64,000 nt of DNA from an uncultured Gammaproteobacteria bacterium (GCA_964633995.1 CAZWKN010000003.1:5750-69749); one strand, 5' to 3'; counted from the stretch's first letter, positions 10,679-20,847 are shown. The notes: generated by a model from the sequence alone, not told the origin. Numbers and translations are program-made.

Positions 10679-11515
10679 ATGCTTACTCCACTTGGCTGGA
10701 GAGATTATGAGTTGATTGACACCGGGGATTACCAGAAGTTGGAAAGGTGGGGTCAATACGTTGCGTCCAGACCAGAACCTCGCGTTGTGTGGAAAAAAAA
10801 TAATCCTGATATCTGGAAATCGGCGGATGCAGTGTTTGAAAATGACCAATGGAATTTTAAAACTGAGCTACCCCAGTCGTGGGTTATTAATTACGGCCTG
10901 CTTAAATTTAAGCTTAAAGCAACAAGTTTTAAGCACACGGGGCTGTTTCCTGAACAGGCGGTAAATTGGGATTGGATTGCCGAAAAACTCAAAAACTCTA
11001 AAACTCAAAATATAAAGGTGTTGAATTTGTTTGCATATACAGGGGGGGCGACGCTGGCTGCTGCCGTAAAAGGAGCGCATGTCACCCACGTTGATTCATC
11101 GAAACCAGCCATGATGTGGGCATCGGAAAATGCCCAACTTTCCAACATTTCCAAAGACAAAATCAGATGGATTCAGGAGGACGCTGAAAAGTTTGTGCAA
11201 AGGGAGATCAGACGGGGGGCTAAATACGATGCGATCATTATGGATCCGCCCAGATTTGGGAGGGGACCCGGGGGCGAGGTGTGGAAACTTGAGGAAAATT
11301 TGCCGAGGTTTGTATGGGATTGTAAGCAAATACTATCTGAGGAACCAAAATTTTTCTTGATTAACGCTTACACGGCCGACCTATCTGCTGTAGCATTAAA
11401 AAACCTTCTCGAAGACGCATTAGAAAAAGAGGTCGAGAGTGGGGAAATAGGCCTCAAACAATCTTGTGGAACCAGGGAAATGCCGGCCGGAGTATTTGCC
11501 AGGTGGAATTGCTAG
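10679..11515 (+). CDS. Class I SAM-dependent methyltransferase, RlmI/RlmK-like
   Basis: [23 protein letters not shown] motifs. Confidence 0.88.
   Translation: MLTPLGWRDYELIDTGDYQKLERWGQYVASRPEPRVVWKKNNPDIWKSADAVFENDQWNFKTELPQSWVINYGLLKFKLKATSFKHTGLFPEQAVNWDWIAEKLKNSKTQNIKVLNLFAYTGGATLAAAVKGAHVTHVDSSKPAMMWASENAQLSNISKDKIRWIQEDAEKFVQREIRRGAKYDAIIMDPPRFGRGPGGEVWKLEENLPRFVWDCKQILSEEPKFFLINAYTADLSAVALKNLLEDALEKEVESGEIGLKQSCGTREMPAGVFARWNC
10983..11014. repeat. Degenerate 8-mer tandem array in methyltransferase gene
   Basis: aaaaactc aaaaactc taaaactc aaaatata. Confidence 0.7.
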
Positions 11516-13386
11516 TTTACGACTTCGCCCTCTTCGGGTTTCTTATCATCGGTCTTTGGAGTTTCGGGAGCCTCTGCGGGTGTCTCTTCGGGCTTTTGAT
11601 ACATTGAGCTACCAATCTTTTGGATTGATTCCATGAGATCTTTGGACTTGGCCTCTAAATCCTCCTTGGTCCCGGTCTCTAAAATGTCCTTTAAGGCCTT
11701 AATTTTGGCCTCTACCTCTGTTTTTACATCGGCGGGGATCTTGTCCCCATTATCCTTAAGAGCTTTTTCAGCTGTAAAAATAAGCGAGTCCGCTTGGTTT
11801 CGACTTTCGATCTTGGCCCGTTTCTCTGCGTCTTCAGTAGCGTGTTTTTCGGCCTCTGCTCGCATTTTTTCAACCTCTTTTTCGTCAAGATTGGTCGAGT
11901 TGGTGATGGTGATATGCTGAACCTTATTGGTGGCCTTGTCCTTGGCGGATACTTTTAGAATGCCAGATGCATCAATATCAAAGGTGACTTCCACTTGAGG
12001 AACGCCCCTGGGTGCTGGAGGAATACCGTCTAGAATAAATCGGCCAAGTGTCTTATTGTCGGTAGCCATTGGCCGCTCTCCCTGAAGAACATGAATTTCC
12101 ACTGATGTTTGAGAGTCCGCAGCCGTTGAAAAGACCTGTGATTTAGACGTGGGAATAGTAGTGTTCCTATCGATTAGAGGAGTCATCACGCTTCCTAACG
12201 TCTCAAGTCCCAAAGTAAGCGGAGTTACATCTAGCAAGACAACATCCTTAACATCGCCAGTTAAGACACCCCCTTGAATTGCCGCCCCAACAGCAACTAC
12301 TTCATCAGGGTTGACACTACGATTGGGCTCTTTACCGAAAAATGTCTTTACGGTCTCAAAGACCTTGGGCATTCTGGTCATTCCTCCAACCAAAACAATC
12401 TCGTCTATTTTGGAAATGTCCATTTTTGCATCTTTTAGACAGGCCTTGACCGGAACAATGGTCTTTTGGATTAGATCGTCGACGATTGATTCGAGCTTTG
12501 CTCGGGAGAGTTTGAGATTTAGATGAAGAGGTTGGCCATCTTTCTGGGTAATATATGGTTGATTTATTTCCGCTTCCATGGCAGAACTTAACTCGATTTT
12601 GACCTTTTCGGCGGCGTCGCGGATGCGCTGAAGTGCCTGAGAATCCTTTTTTAGGTCGACACCGTTATCCTTTTTAAATTCATCCACAATCCAATCCATG
12701 ATCTGTTGATCAAAATCGTCCCCACCCAGGTGGGTATCACCATTAGTAGCCTTGACTTCAAAAACTCCATCTCCCAGCTCCAAAACCGACACATCAAACG
12801 TTCCACCACCCAGGTCGTAAACGACTACGGTATGGGCGTTTTTTTTGTCCAGTCCATAAGCCAAGGCGGCTGCGGTGGGCTCGTTGATAATTCTTTCCAC
12901 CTTAAGGCCGGCAATTTCCCCTGCTTGTTTTGTGGCTTGGCGCTGAGAATCATCGAAATATGCTGGAACCGTGATAACCGCTCGGTCAATAGTGGTTCCC
13001 AAATAGGCCTCAGCGTGTTTTTTCATAGTCTGAAGGGTAATAGCTGAAATTTCCTGAGGGGTATAAACTTTGCCGTCGATTTCGACGCACGCCATTTTGT
13101 CTTTTCCAGCAACTATTTTGTATGGAACCATATCCTGGGTTCGTTTGACTTCCGGGTCGGTCACTTTCCTACCCATAAGACGTTTGATACTATAAATGGT
13201 ATTTTTGGGATTAAGAATCATTTGCCGCTTGGCAACGTCTCCAACAAGATTTTTAAGCGGTTCAACAATAGAGGGAGTAACATTTCTACCAGTATCAGAG
13301 GCGTTAATTACTTTGGGTGCGCCGCCCTCCATAACTGCAACGCAACTATTGGTGGTTCCTAAATCAATTCCGATTATTTTGCTCAT
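11512..13386 (-). CDS. dnaK: Chaperone DnaK
   Basis: [26 protein letters not shown]. Confidence 0.99.
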   Translation of the reverse strand: MSKIIGIDLGTTNSCVAVMEGGAPKVINASDTGRNVTPSIVEPLKNLVGDVAKRQMILNPKNTIYSIKRLMGRKVTDPEVKRTQDMVPYKIVAGKDKMACVEIDGKVYTPQEISAITLQTMKKHAEAYLGTTIDRAVITVPAYFDDSQRQATKQAGEIAGLKVERIINEPTAAALAYGLDKKNAHTVVVYDLGGGTFDVSVLELGDGVFEVKATNGDTHLGGDDFDQQIMDWIVDEFKKDNGVDLKKDSQALQRIRDAAEKVKIELSSAMEAEINQPYITQKDGQPLHLNLKLSRAKLESIVDDLIQKTIVPVKACLKDAKMDISKIDEIVLVGGMTRMPKVFETVKTFFGKEPNRSVNPDEVVAVGAAIQGGVLTGDVKDVVLLDVTPLTLGLETLGSVMTPLIDRNTTIPTSKSQVFSTAADSQTSVEIHVLQGERPMATDNKTLGRFILDGIPPAPRGVPQVEVTFDIDASGILKVSAKDKATNKVQHITITNSTNLDEKEVEKMRAEAEKHATEDAEKRAKIESRNQADSLIFTAEKALKDNGDKIPADVKTEVEAKIKALKDILETGTKEDLEAKSKDLMESIQKIGSSMYQKPEETPAEAPETPKTDDKKPEEGEVVN

Positions 13387-13396
13387 ATAAGTTATT

Positions 13397-13424
13397 ATTG
13401 TAAATTAGCAGTCTTATTTGTCAA
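13397..13424 (-). promoter_or_regulatory. Sigma70-type promoter for dnaK, overlapping grpE 3' end
   Basis: Minus strand TTGACA (13424-13419), N16, TACAAT (13402-13397). Confidence 0.7.
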
Positions 13425-13431
13425 GTGCCAA
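13405..13431. promoter_or_regulatory. CIRCE operator upstream of dnaK
   Basis: TTAGCAGTC-N9-AAGTGCCAA vs consensus TTAGCACTC-N9-GAGTGCTAA. Confidence 0.85.
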
Positions 13432-13851
13432 TTTGAATACCTTGACTTTGGCTGGACGAAGTACGAAATCCCCCATTTTGTAACCTGGCAAAATCACCTC
13501 CGCAATGGTGTCGTCCTGATCTCCGGGGACTGTTTCGCTGCAATCATGAATTGAGGCGTCAAAATGATCACCCTGAATAGGACTTATTTCCTCCAGGCCT
13601 TCTTCTTTTAGAGCTGCCTTAAACTGCTTGGCTGCCATTTCCATGCCCAAGTCCTTGGAGTGACTTGCGGAGAGATTAATAATATCGAGGGAGGGTAAAA
13701 GCCGGGCTATTAAATTTGCGTTGGCGAGTTTTGAATAGTCCTTTCGATCCTGTTCAGCACGACGTAGGAGATTTTGATAGTCAGCCAAAGATCTCTTCCA
13801 ATTTTCATCTAAAGACTTAACCTGGTGCTGAAGATCCGAGATTTTGGTCAT
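13414..13851 (-). CDS. grpE: Nucleotide exchange factor GrpE
   Basis: ADYQNL..R, FD..IH, GY...VLRPAKV; between hrcA and dnaK. Confidence 0.96.
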   Translation of the reverse strand: MTKISDLQHQVKSLDENWKRSLADYQNLLRRAEQDRKDYSKLANANLIARLLPSLDIINLSASHSKDLGMEMAAKQFKAALKEEGLEEISPIQGDHFDASIHDCSETVPGDQDDTIAEVILPGYKMGDFVLRPAKVKVFKLALDK

Positions 13852-13852
13852 A

Positions 13853-14584
13853 TTACCAATTGTTGTTCATTTCAGAAATAAGATTTGACATATAACGAAG
13901 GGTGGGGACGACATAGGAGAAATTGAGACGACAAGGACCAATGACCGCGATGGAACCCTTGCGATTGTTACCCGCGGAAAAATGAGTAAACGCTACCCCT
14001 ACTGGCTCAAAATATGGCCAGCCCAGATCGGCTCCAAAAACAATGTGGACGGGATCTTCGCCATAGACCCGACCAAAAAATAGTTGGTTAATTCGAGCTT
14101 GTTGGTCTAAGAGTGAAAGGACCGTGCGCGTAACATCAATATCAAAAAACTCTGGCATGTCTAATATGTTTGCCACTCCAGAATAATAAATATCTCCAGC
14201 ATCAGTGGCTATAATTGACAAATTCTTGGTTCGTTCTGCTAAAACTAAACTGGCTTGACGCATTAAACGGTCGAAATCGAAACGTGAATCCCAAACCCTT
14301 TCTTTGGTAGACACCTCGTCTGCTACGCTGAGATTTTTTTTCTGCATCAAATGGTCGACGTAGTAATGGAGAGCCATGGGGGTTGGTACCCGACCGGCAG
14401 AAACATGGGGTTGGTTTAGAAACCCTTGATGGGTAAGCGTAGCCATTTCGTTTCTGATGGTGGCCGGAGAAATACCAAGATCATACTTTTTTTCTAGTTG
14501 CTCACTGGATACTGGCTCAGCCGTGGATATGTATTCTTCCACAATAGATTTAACCAGATGGGTTTGCCTGGGTGTTAGTTGCAT
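13853..14584 (-). CDS. hrcA: Heat-inducible transcription repressor HrcA (short form)
   Basis: EPVSS, SPATIRNEM, QPHVSAGRVPT, VIGP.R. Confidence 0.96.
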   Translation of the reverse strand: MQLTPRQTHLVKSIVEEYISTAEPVSSEQLEKKYDLGISPATIRNEMATLTHQGFLNQPHVSAGRVPTPMALHYYVDHLMQKKNLSVADEVSTKERVWDSRFDFDRLMRQASLVLAERTKNLSIIATDAGDIYYSGVANILDMPEFFDIDVTRTVLSLLDQQARINQLFFGRVYGEDPVHIVFGADLGWPYFEPVGVAFTHFSAGNNRKGSIAVIGPCRLNFSYVVPTLRYMSNLISEMNNNW

Positions 14585-14588
14585 GCTC

Positions 14589-14615
14589 TTAGCAGAAAGA
14601 TATCAGGAGTGCTAA
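14589..14615. promoter_or_regulatory. CIRCE operator upstream of hrcA
   Basis: TTAGCAGAA-N9-GAGTGCTAA, one perfect half-site. Confidence 0.88.
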
Positions 14616-14625
14616 TGGTTGTCAA
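14597..14625 (-). promoter_or_regulatory. Sigma70-type promoter for hrcA
   Basis: Minus strand TTGACA-N17-TATCTT with TGn extension, overlapped by CIRCE. Confidence 0.75.
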
Positions 14626-14653
14626 GGGGGTTTATTTAACTTAAAATGGACGG

Positions 14654-15991
14654 ATGAGACGCAATGATCAGTTTGTGTCGTTTGCGGGAGTAATTGCCTT
14701 AGCATTGACATTGCCATTAATCCTTCGCCTTACAAATTCAGTAGTTAAATTTTTTGTAGGAGCAGAGGGACGATTATCAGCCGTATCGATTGAAACTGAT
14801 CACGTACTCGGTCCCCTGCCCAGACCATGGTCAGGACTGGCTCAGGGAGCTGAAAATCTGAAAACATTTTTGGATGGAAATGAGGATAAGATTAGGCAAG
14901 TTGGGACTCAATATGTTCGAATCGATCATATTTTTGACCAATTTAATGTGGTTGATAGAGACACTAATGGATTAAAATTTGACTGGACTGAATTAGACAG
15001 TTTGGTGGCAAAGATGACTGCATCGGGAGCGACCCCCTTTTTCTCTTTGTCATACATGCCGAAGGCAATTTCATCCGGAGATGAGTTAAGTGAACCCCGA
15101 GATTGGGAAGAATGGGCTACTGTGGTACAAAAAACGATTGAACACTATTCCGGACAGCTGGGATTAAATAATGTTTATTATGAGGTTTGGAATGAGCCCG
15201 ATATGTTTGGAGGGTGGAAAATAGGAGGAAAGAAAGATTATCGATTGTTGTACTCTTTTGCATCCAGAGGAGCCATGAAGGCAAACACTGGTGGTAGAGC
15301 TTTTAAATTTGGGGGTCCGGCAACAACCGGGTTATATCAGAACTGGTTGGATAAATTTTTCCCGTATATACTCGAAAACAAGCTACGATTAGATTTTTTT
15401 TCTTGGCACAGATACGACCTAGCCCTGGAGCGATATTCCGACGATGTAACAAACGTGGATAGATGGATCGACCGGCATCCATATTTTGCACACGTAGAAA
15501 AAATCATAACCGAAATGGGCCCAAACAGCGAAAGCGGGAAGGAAAACATTAGCCGGGTGGGAGGGGCTCACTTGGTAGCGTCGACACGAGAGCTCTTGTT
15601 TAAAGTCAATATGGGCATGAATTTTTCCGTGAACGGGGGCTGGGGAGTGTTGGGTACACCCAGATACCAAGCTTTGGAGATGTTGGGCAAACTTGGAAAC
15701 CAACGGCTGGCCGTGACAGGCGAAGGAACTTGGGTGAGGGTAATTGGAGCGAAAAAAGGAAATACCTATCAGGCACTTTTAGTTAATTATGATCCAAAGC
15801 TTATTCATAGCGAAAACGTGCCAGTAACTTTTATAAATTTAAAAAGCAGAAATTTTGTAATTAAAAGAACGGTGATGGGGTCGGGTGAATTAAAACCGGT
15901 AGAAGTGGCCACCACGGAAGCGATACTGCAAGAAATTGTCCCCATGACAACCAATAGTGTTGTCTTGATTGAGTTGACTCCGAAAGATTAA
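14654..15991 (+). CDS. Membrane-anchored glycoside hydrolase, GH39-like
   Basis: N-terminal TM; YEVWNEPD, GGPA, DFFSWH.Y, ITEMG. Confidence 0.8.
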   Translation: MRRNDQFVSFAGVIALALTLPLILRLTNSVVKFFVGAEGRLSAVSIETDHVLGPLPRPWSGLAQGAENLKTFLDGNEDKIRQVGTQYVRIDHIFDQFNVVDRDTNGLKFDWTELDSLVAKMTASGATPFFSLSYMPKAISSGDELSEPRDWEEWATVVQKTIEHYSGQLGLNNVYYEVWNEPDMFGGWKIGGKKDYRLLYSFASRGAMKANTGGRAFKFGGPATTGLYQNWLDKFFPYILENKLRLDFFSWHRYDLALERYSDDVTNVDRWIDRHPYFAHVEKIITEMGPNSESGKENISRVGGAHLVASTRELLFKVNMGMNFSVNGGWGVLGTPRYQALEMLGKLGNQRLAVTGEGTWVRVIGAKKGNTYQALLVNYDPKLIHSENVPVTFINLKSRNFVIKRTVMGSGELKPVEVATTEAILQEIVPMTTNSVVLIELTPKD

Positions 15992-17760
15992 ATCTTAAGA
16001 ATAGACAAGAAGGCCTCCTGAGGGATATCGATCTTACCAACACGTTTCATGCGAGCCTTGCCTTTCTTTTGTTTTTTTAGCAGCTTGTCCTTTCTGGTTT
16101 GATCACCACCTGACATTTTTGCCAGGACATCTTTTCTAAAAGCCTTGACGTCTGATCTTGCTAATACTTTCCCCCCAACGGCCGCTTGAAGTGAAATTTC
16201 AAATTGTTGTCTGGGAATTATATCTTTTAATCTATTGACCAAATCTACGGCTATATGGGGAGATTGGTTCCTGGGAACAATTTGCGATAAGGCATCAATG
16301 CGCTCACCCGCAACCAAAATGTCGAGTTTCACCAAGTCGGATGGAGAATAACCAGTGAGTTCATAATCAAGTGTGGCAAAACCTTGAGAGACTGATTTTA
16401 TTTGATCGTAAAATTGCTTGATCAACTCTGAAAGCGGCATTGAATAGGACAGGTGCACCAATTGCCCCTTGTAAGACATGTCTTCCAGGTTTCCTCGATG
16501 AGATTGGCATAGTTCTATAACAGGACCGACAAAAGCATCCGGCACAAAAATGTGAAGTGAAATAATAGGCTCCCGAATTTCCTTAAGCGTTGTGGGGTCT
16601 GGTAAATCGACCGCTTTGGAAATTTTATAGGTGTCTCCAGAGTTGGTAAGTATTTCGTAGGAAACTGACGGAGCGGCTGCAATTAAACTGATGTTGAACT
16701 CCCTCTCCAGTCGTTCCTGAACAACGTCCGCGTGCAACAACCCCAGGAAACCAACCCTAAAACCATTACCCAGAGCAGGTGAAAATTCTGGAGTGTATTG
16801 CAAGGCGCCATCTTGGAGTTTTAACTTGCCCAAAGCGTCTCTTAATAGATGTATTTCTCCCCCATCGGTGGGGTAAAAACTTACAAAGACTACCGGTTTT
16901 ATTGGAGCATATCCGGGCAGAGAATCAGAAGCAGTCGTAGTAAGAGTGTCTCCCACTGTTAAAAGGGAAATGTCTTTTAGGTTGGTGACCACATAGCCAA
17001 CTTCTCCAGCTGAAAGGGTTGGACAGGGTTTTTTTTGCGGTGAAAAATAACCAACCTCGATAGCCTGAGTATGAATGGAATTACCCATTAATAAAAGTTT
17101 GTCGTGGGTAGATATTGCACCATCTACTAGTCGCACCCAGGCGACGACTCCCAAATGTGGATCGAAATTTGAATTAAATACCAAAGCCCTGGGTGGACCT
17201 GACGGTTCCCCTCTTGGTGGCGGTACTTTGGTTATTACGGAGCGAATTAACTCGGGAACACCAAGCCCAGTTTTACCGGAGATCTGAAGGATCTCGTAGT
17301 CAGAAAATCCGAGAACCTGTTGAATTTGAGAAATTGTACCTGGGACATCAGCAATGGTCACATCTACCTTATTTACCACCGGAATGATCGTCAAACCAAG
17401 TTTTTTAGCTTGGTTAAAATGAGCGAGAGTCTGAGCCTGGACACCCTGAGTTGCATCAACTAACAAGATAGCGCCTTCACAGGCAGCGAGAGACCTTGAA
17501 ACCTCATAGGAAAAATCGACATGTCCTGGGGTGTCAATTAAATTTAATTCATATTGCGTATTGCCTAGTGCATATAGCATGCGGACAGGCGCTAGTTTGA
17601 TGGTAATTCCTCTTTCGCGCTCTATGGGGTTGCTGTCGAGAAGTTGGGCCTGCATATCCCGCTTAGCGACTGTTCCGGTAATTTCCAACAGACGGTCTGC
17701 CAGAGTAGATTTACCATGGTCGATGTGGGCAATGATGGCGAAATTGCGAATGTTTTGCAT
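15988..17760 (-). CDS. lepA: Elongation factor 4 (LepA)
   Basis: IAHIDHGKSTLADR, DTPGHVDF, GFLGLLH, GGD.TRK.KLL. Confidence 0.99.
   Translation of the reverse strand: MQNIRNFAIIAHIDHGKSTLADRLLEITGTVAKRDMQAQLLDSNPIERERGITIKLAPVRMLYALGNTQYELNLIDTPGHVDFSYEVSRSLAACEGAILLVDATQGVQAQTLAHFNQAKKLGLTIIPVVNKVDVTIADVPGTISQIQQVLGFSDYEILQISGKTGLGVPELIRSVITKVPPPRGEPSGPPRALVFNSNFDPHLGVVAWVRLVDGAISTHDKLLLMGNSIHTQAIEVGYFSPQKKPCPTLSAGEVGYVVTNLKDISLLTVGDTLTTTASDSLPGYAPIKPVVFVSFYPTDGGEIHLLRDALGKLKLQDGALQYTPEFSPALGNGFRVGFLGLLHADVVQERLEREFNISLIAAAPSVSYEILTNSGDTYKISKAVDLPDPTTLKEIREPIISLHIFVPDAFVGPVIELCQSHRGNLEDMSYKGQLVHLSYSMPLSELIKQFYDQIKSVSQGFATLDYELTGYSPSDLVKLDILVAGERIDALSQIVPRNQSPHIAVDLVNRLKDIIPRQQFEISLQAAVGGKVLARSDVKAFRKDVLAKMSGGDQTRKDKLLKKQKKGKARMKRVGKIDIPQEAFLSILKI
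17546..17580. repeat. Degenerate 7-mer tandem array in lepA
   Basis: aattcat attgcgt attgcct agtgcat atagcat. Confidence 0.6.
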
Positions 17761-19419
17761 TTAGTTTTGTTCGGGGACAGTGGTTTGAAGGTTTGAATTG
17801 ATTAGTTGGCGCCAATTGGTAATCTTTTTTATAACCGCAATATAAGCATAGAGTTCTGGGATGTCAAAAATGTAAGAAAGGAGCATGTAAACTCCAGCAC
17901 CAATAAAACCAGTTATGATAGTTAGAGCTAACAACGGAACCGTCCTGGTAGTATCGAAGACGAATTGATCGAGCAGATGCATTGGGATCCACAAACTAAT
18001 ACCGGTGATTAAACTAATAACCAACATTTTTACTAGTGGCCAAAAATGCGAAGATTTTACATTGTAGTCAACGCGTAAGAGGCGGATCAAAAGAAAATAT
18101 AAAATTAGTGTCTCTAGTATGGCGGTGGCGGCGATGGAACCGGCTAAACCCAATATGCCAAAATTAAACACCTTGACAGCAATAACCCCTAAAAAGGTAT
18201 CTAAAATGGCCGCAAGAAGCCCGATTATGAGTGGCGTTTTGGTGTCGTGGAGCGCATAAAATCCGCGAATGATTAGTTGCATGACTGCAGAAAAAGTTGC
18301 AGACAGCGCCAAAATTGCCAATGTCTTACCCGTTAAAATCGTGGCGGTCCAAGGAAAGGATCGGGAACCAAAGACTATTCTCACAATGGGAACACGCAGG
18401 ATAATAAAAAGTACGCTCATAGGAAGCGCCAAGAAAGCCACCTGCGTCAGAGTTTCCGTAAGGGTCTTTAGAAAAAGTGTTTTGTCCTTATCGTTCGACT
18501 GTTTTGAAAGCGTGGGCAAAGCCGCTTGGCCGATAGTTACTCCAAACAAGGACGCCGGAACTGAATATAAAAGCCTGGCTACGTTTAACAAAGAGAGGGA
18601 TCCTGGAGCAAGCAATGACGCCAGTATCACTGCCACTAATTGTTCTATTTGGTCTATGCCCAAAGCAAGTGCTCGAGGAGGCATTAGGCGGACGATTTCC
18701 CGTACCCCTGGATTGGAAATATCAAGTTTGGTAGAAAACCTAAACCCAAGGTGATATGCGGCGGGAATTTGAATTGCCATATGCAAAACAGCACCTATAA
18801 CTACACCCACTGCTGGACCCATAATTCCAATGACAGGTGAGAGAAACACAATGCCGATAATTATTCCCAGGTTGTAGACAATCGGAGCTAGGGCCGGAAC
18901 AAAAAACCTTTGGTGAGACTGGATCATACCAGTTAGAAACCCTGAAACCGAAAAAAAGAGTTGGGCTACAAGCATAACCCTTAACAGGCTCGCCATTATG
19001 GCAATCTGGCTGGAATCAAAACCCGGGGCAATTAGCTTGGAAAGTTGAGGGGCAAAAATAAATATCACCACTGATAAGGTTGTGAAGACGAGAAGTACCA
19101 AATTTAAGCTGCTGGCCGCCATATCCCAAGCTTGTTTTTCGTTTTGTTCGAGATTTTTGGTAAAAACCGGGATGAACGCCGCAGAAAGAGAGCCAATGAC
19201 TAGCAACTGGAATATGGTGTCAGGGACAACAAAAGCAGCATAATATACGTCCAACAGTTGGGAAGTGGCTCCAAAAAAATATGTTAAGAGCAAGCGGGTT
19301 TTTAGAAGACCTAGGATGTGAGACAGGCCAAAAGTGGTCATGATAACGAAGGCTGCCGAGAGAATAGTGCTTTGACGACGCAGAAGAAGCGCCTGGCCTG
19401 TTTTGAGAAGATCCCGCAT
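17761..19419 (-). CDS. murJ: Lipid II flippase MurJ/MviN
   Basis: AAF.VPD, LSAAFIPVF, FYALHDTKTP; multi-TM. Confidence 0.95.
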   Translation of the reverse strand: MRDLLKTGQALLLRRQSTILSAAFVIMTTFGLSHILGLLKTRLLLTYFFGATSQLLDVYYAAFVVPDTIFQLLVIGSLSAAFIPVFTKNLEQNEKQAWDMAASSLNLVLLVFTTLSVVIFIFAPQLSKLIAPGFDSSQIAIMASLLRVMLVAQLFFSVSGFLTGMIQSHQRFFVPALAPIVYNLGIIIGIVFLSPVIGIMGPAVGVVIGAVLHMAIQIPAAYHLGFRFSTKLDISNPGVREIVRLMPPRALALGIDQIEQLVAVILASLLAPGSLSLLNVARLLYSVPASLFGVTIGQAALPTLSKQSNDKDKTLFLKTLTETLTQVAFLALPMSVLFIILRVPIVRIVFGSRSFPWTATILTGKTLAILALSATFSAVMQLIIRGFYALHDTKTPLIIGLLAAILDTFLGVIAVKVFNFGILGLAGSIAATAILETLILYFLLIRLLRVDYNVKSSHFWPLVKMLVISLITGISLWIPMHLLDQFVFDTTRTVPLLALTIITGFIGAGVYMLLSYIFDIPELYAYIAVIKKITNWRQLINSNLQTTVPEQN

Positions 19420-19440
19420 GTGTGTTATTATATTGTGACT

Positions 19441-19674
19441 ATGCCGATAACAACAGGTGCAATTAGAACACTTAGGTCCAGCAAAAAAAAGGCCTTGGTG
19501 AATCTGAAAATCAAATCTGGATTAAGGGAAGCTGTGGCCAAGATGCGAAAGAAGCCGGGAAAGGCTGCGCTTTTGCAAGTATTTAAGCGGGCGGACTTGG
19601 CTGCTAAAAAGGGAGTCATTCACAAAAACAAGGCCGCTAGGCTGAAATCTAGACTTTCGAAGTTGGTGAAATAA
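19441..19674 (+). CDS. rpsT: 30S ribosomal protein S20
   Basis: KKGVIHKNKAARLKSRL; start moved to 19441. Confidence 0.96.
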   Translation: MPITTGAIRTLRSSKKKALVNLKIKSGLREAVAKMRKKPGKAALLQVFKRADLAAKKGVIHKNKAARLKSRLSKLVK

Positions 19675-19690
19675 TTGGTATACTGGATAC

Positions 19691-20224
19691 ATGCCTGCCT
19701 GGGGACGTCCTATTAATTTGTTACCTCCCTCTGATTTTGAGTTGTCTTTTTGGGGAAAATTTTTAAAATGGGCGGTCACGGCGGGTAGATACATAATTAT
19801 TGTTACCGAAATGGTCGTGATTGTGGCTTTTTTGTCTAGATTTAAATTAGATAAGGAGATATCAGATTTAAACTCAGAAATTGAAGGAAAGAAGAATGTA
19901 CTTGAGGCTTATTGGCAGAAAGAACAGGAATTTTTAGCTGCTCAAAAAAAACTTGATGTTGTGTCGGGGTTACTAAGCCTTGAGATTCCCGTAGGCAAAA
20001 CTATTAACGAGCTGGCAGAAGCTATCCCCTCTGAAATTAAGATGAATAACATTGATTTCCAGCCGGGAATTATTACCATGAACGCTACAGCAATTTCAGA
20101 ATCGGGGATTGGTAAAACGATGGCCCGAATTGCTGAAAATACTAAATGGAAAACCGTAGAGCTCACTTCCGTAAGTGCTGATCCGTTAAAGGGAATTAAA
20201 TTCTCAGTTAAACTAAAACTCTAA
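19691..20224 (+). CDS. Type IV pilus PilN-like protein
   Basis: INLLP motif, single TM, coiled coil. Confidence 0.75.
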   Translation: MPAWGRPINLLPPSDFELSFWGKFLKWAVTAGRYIIIVTEMVVIVAFLSRFKLDKEISDLNSEIEGKKNVLEAYWQKEQEFLAAQKKLDVVSGLLSLEIPVGKTINELAEAIPSEIKMNNIDFQPGIITMNATAISESGIGKTMARIAENTKWKTVELTSVSADPLKGIKFSVKLKL

Positions 20225-20847
20225 TGGCTCTTGATTATAAAAGCAGTTTAGTCAGATACCGGAGATATTTGCAGGTTGCTTCTGAAAAACCGTTGTGGCG
20301 AGCAAGTGCTTTTGTCATTTTTTCACTAGTATTGGCGATTGTTATGCTCGTTTCCGCTCTAAGACCTACTATGGTGACCATATCGGGGCTATTGGGTCAA
20401 ATTAAACAACAAAAAGAGATAGCCGCAAAACTTGATAAAAAGATTTTTCAAGTCCAAGAGGCTACTAGAGTGCTTGAAAGTTCGCGAGATAGACTGCAAC
20501 TATTAAGCCAGGCGGTTCCATCAACGTCTGATTGGAATTCTTTTTCGGACAGAGTTTTGATCGAAGCATCCAGAAGTGGCGTCGTGGTAAATTCGTTAGG
20601 CTTCGGAGTCTTTCCTGTCTTGGGTAAATACGATTTGCCAGTCGATGAAAAAAGGGTACTTCCGGCACAAACTAACCAAGTTGGATTTTCAGTTTCTGTT
20701 TTAGGACAATATTTCAATTTGATACAATTTGAAGAGGTTTTGGAAAACCTTAGGAGGATTGTGGTGATTACCGGAGTACAATTTAACAAGGACGAAAAAG
20801 GCGAGTTGAACATGACAATTAAAGGTTATCTGGGGTACTCACTATGA
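20224..20847 (+). CDS. Type IV pilus PilO-like protein
   Basis: TM plus coiled coil; G.Y..L..F...LENLRR; follows pilN. Confidence 0.75.
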   Translation: MALDYKSSLVRYRRYLQVASEKPLWRASAFVIFSLVLAIVMLVSALRPTMVTISGLLGQIKQQKEIAAKLDKKIFQVQEATRVLESSRDRLQLLSQAVPSTSDWNSFSDRVLIEASRSGVVVNSLGFGVFPVLGKYDLPVDEKRVLPAQTNQVGFSVSVLGQYFNLIQFEEVLENLRRIVVITGVQFNKDEKGELNMTIKGYLGYSL

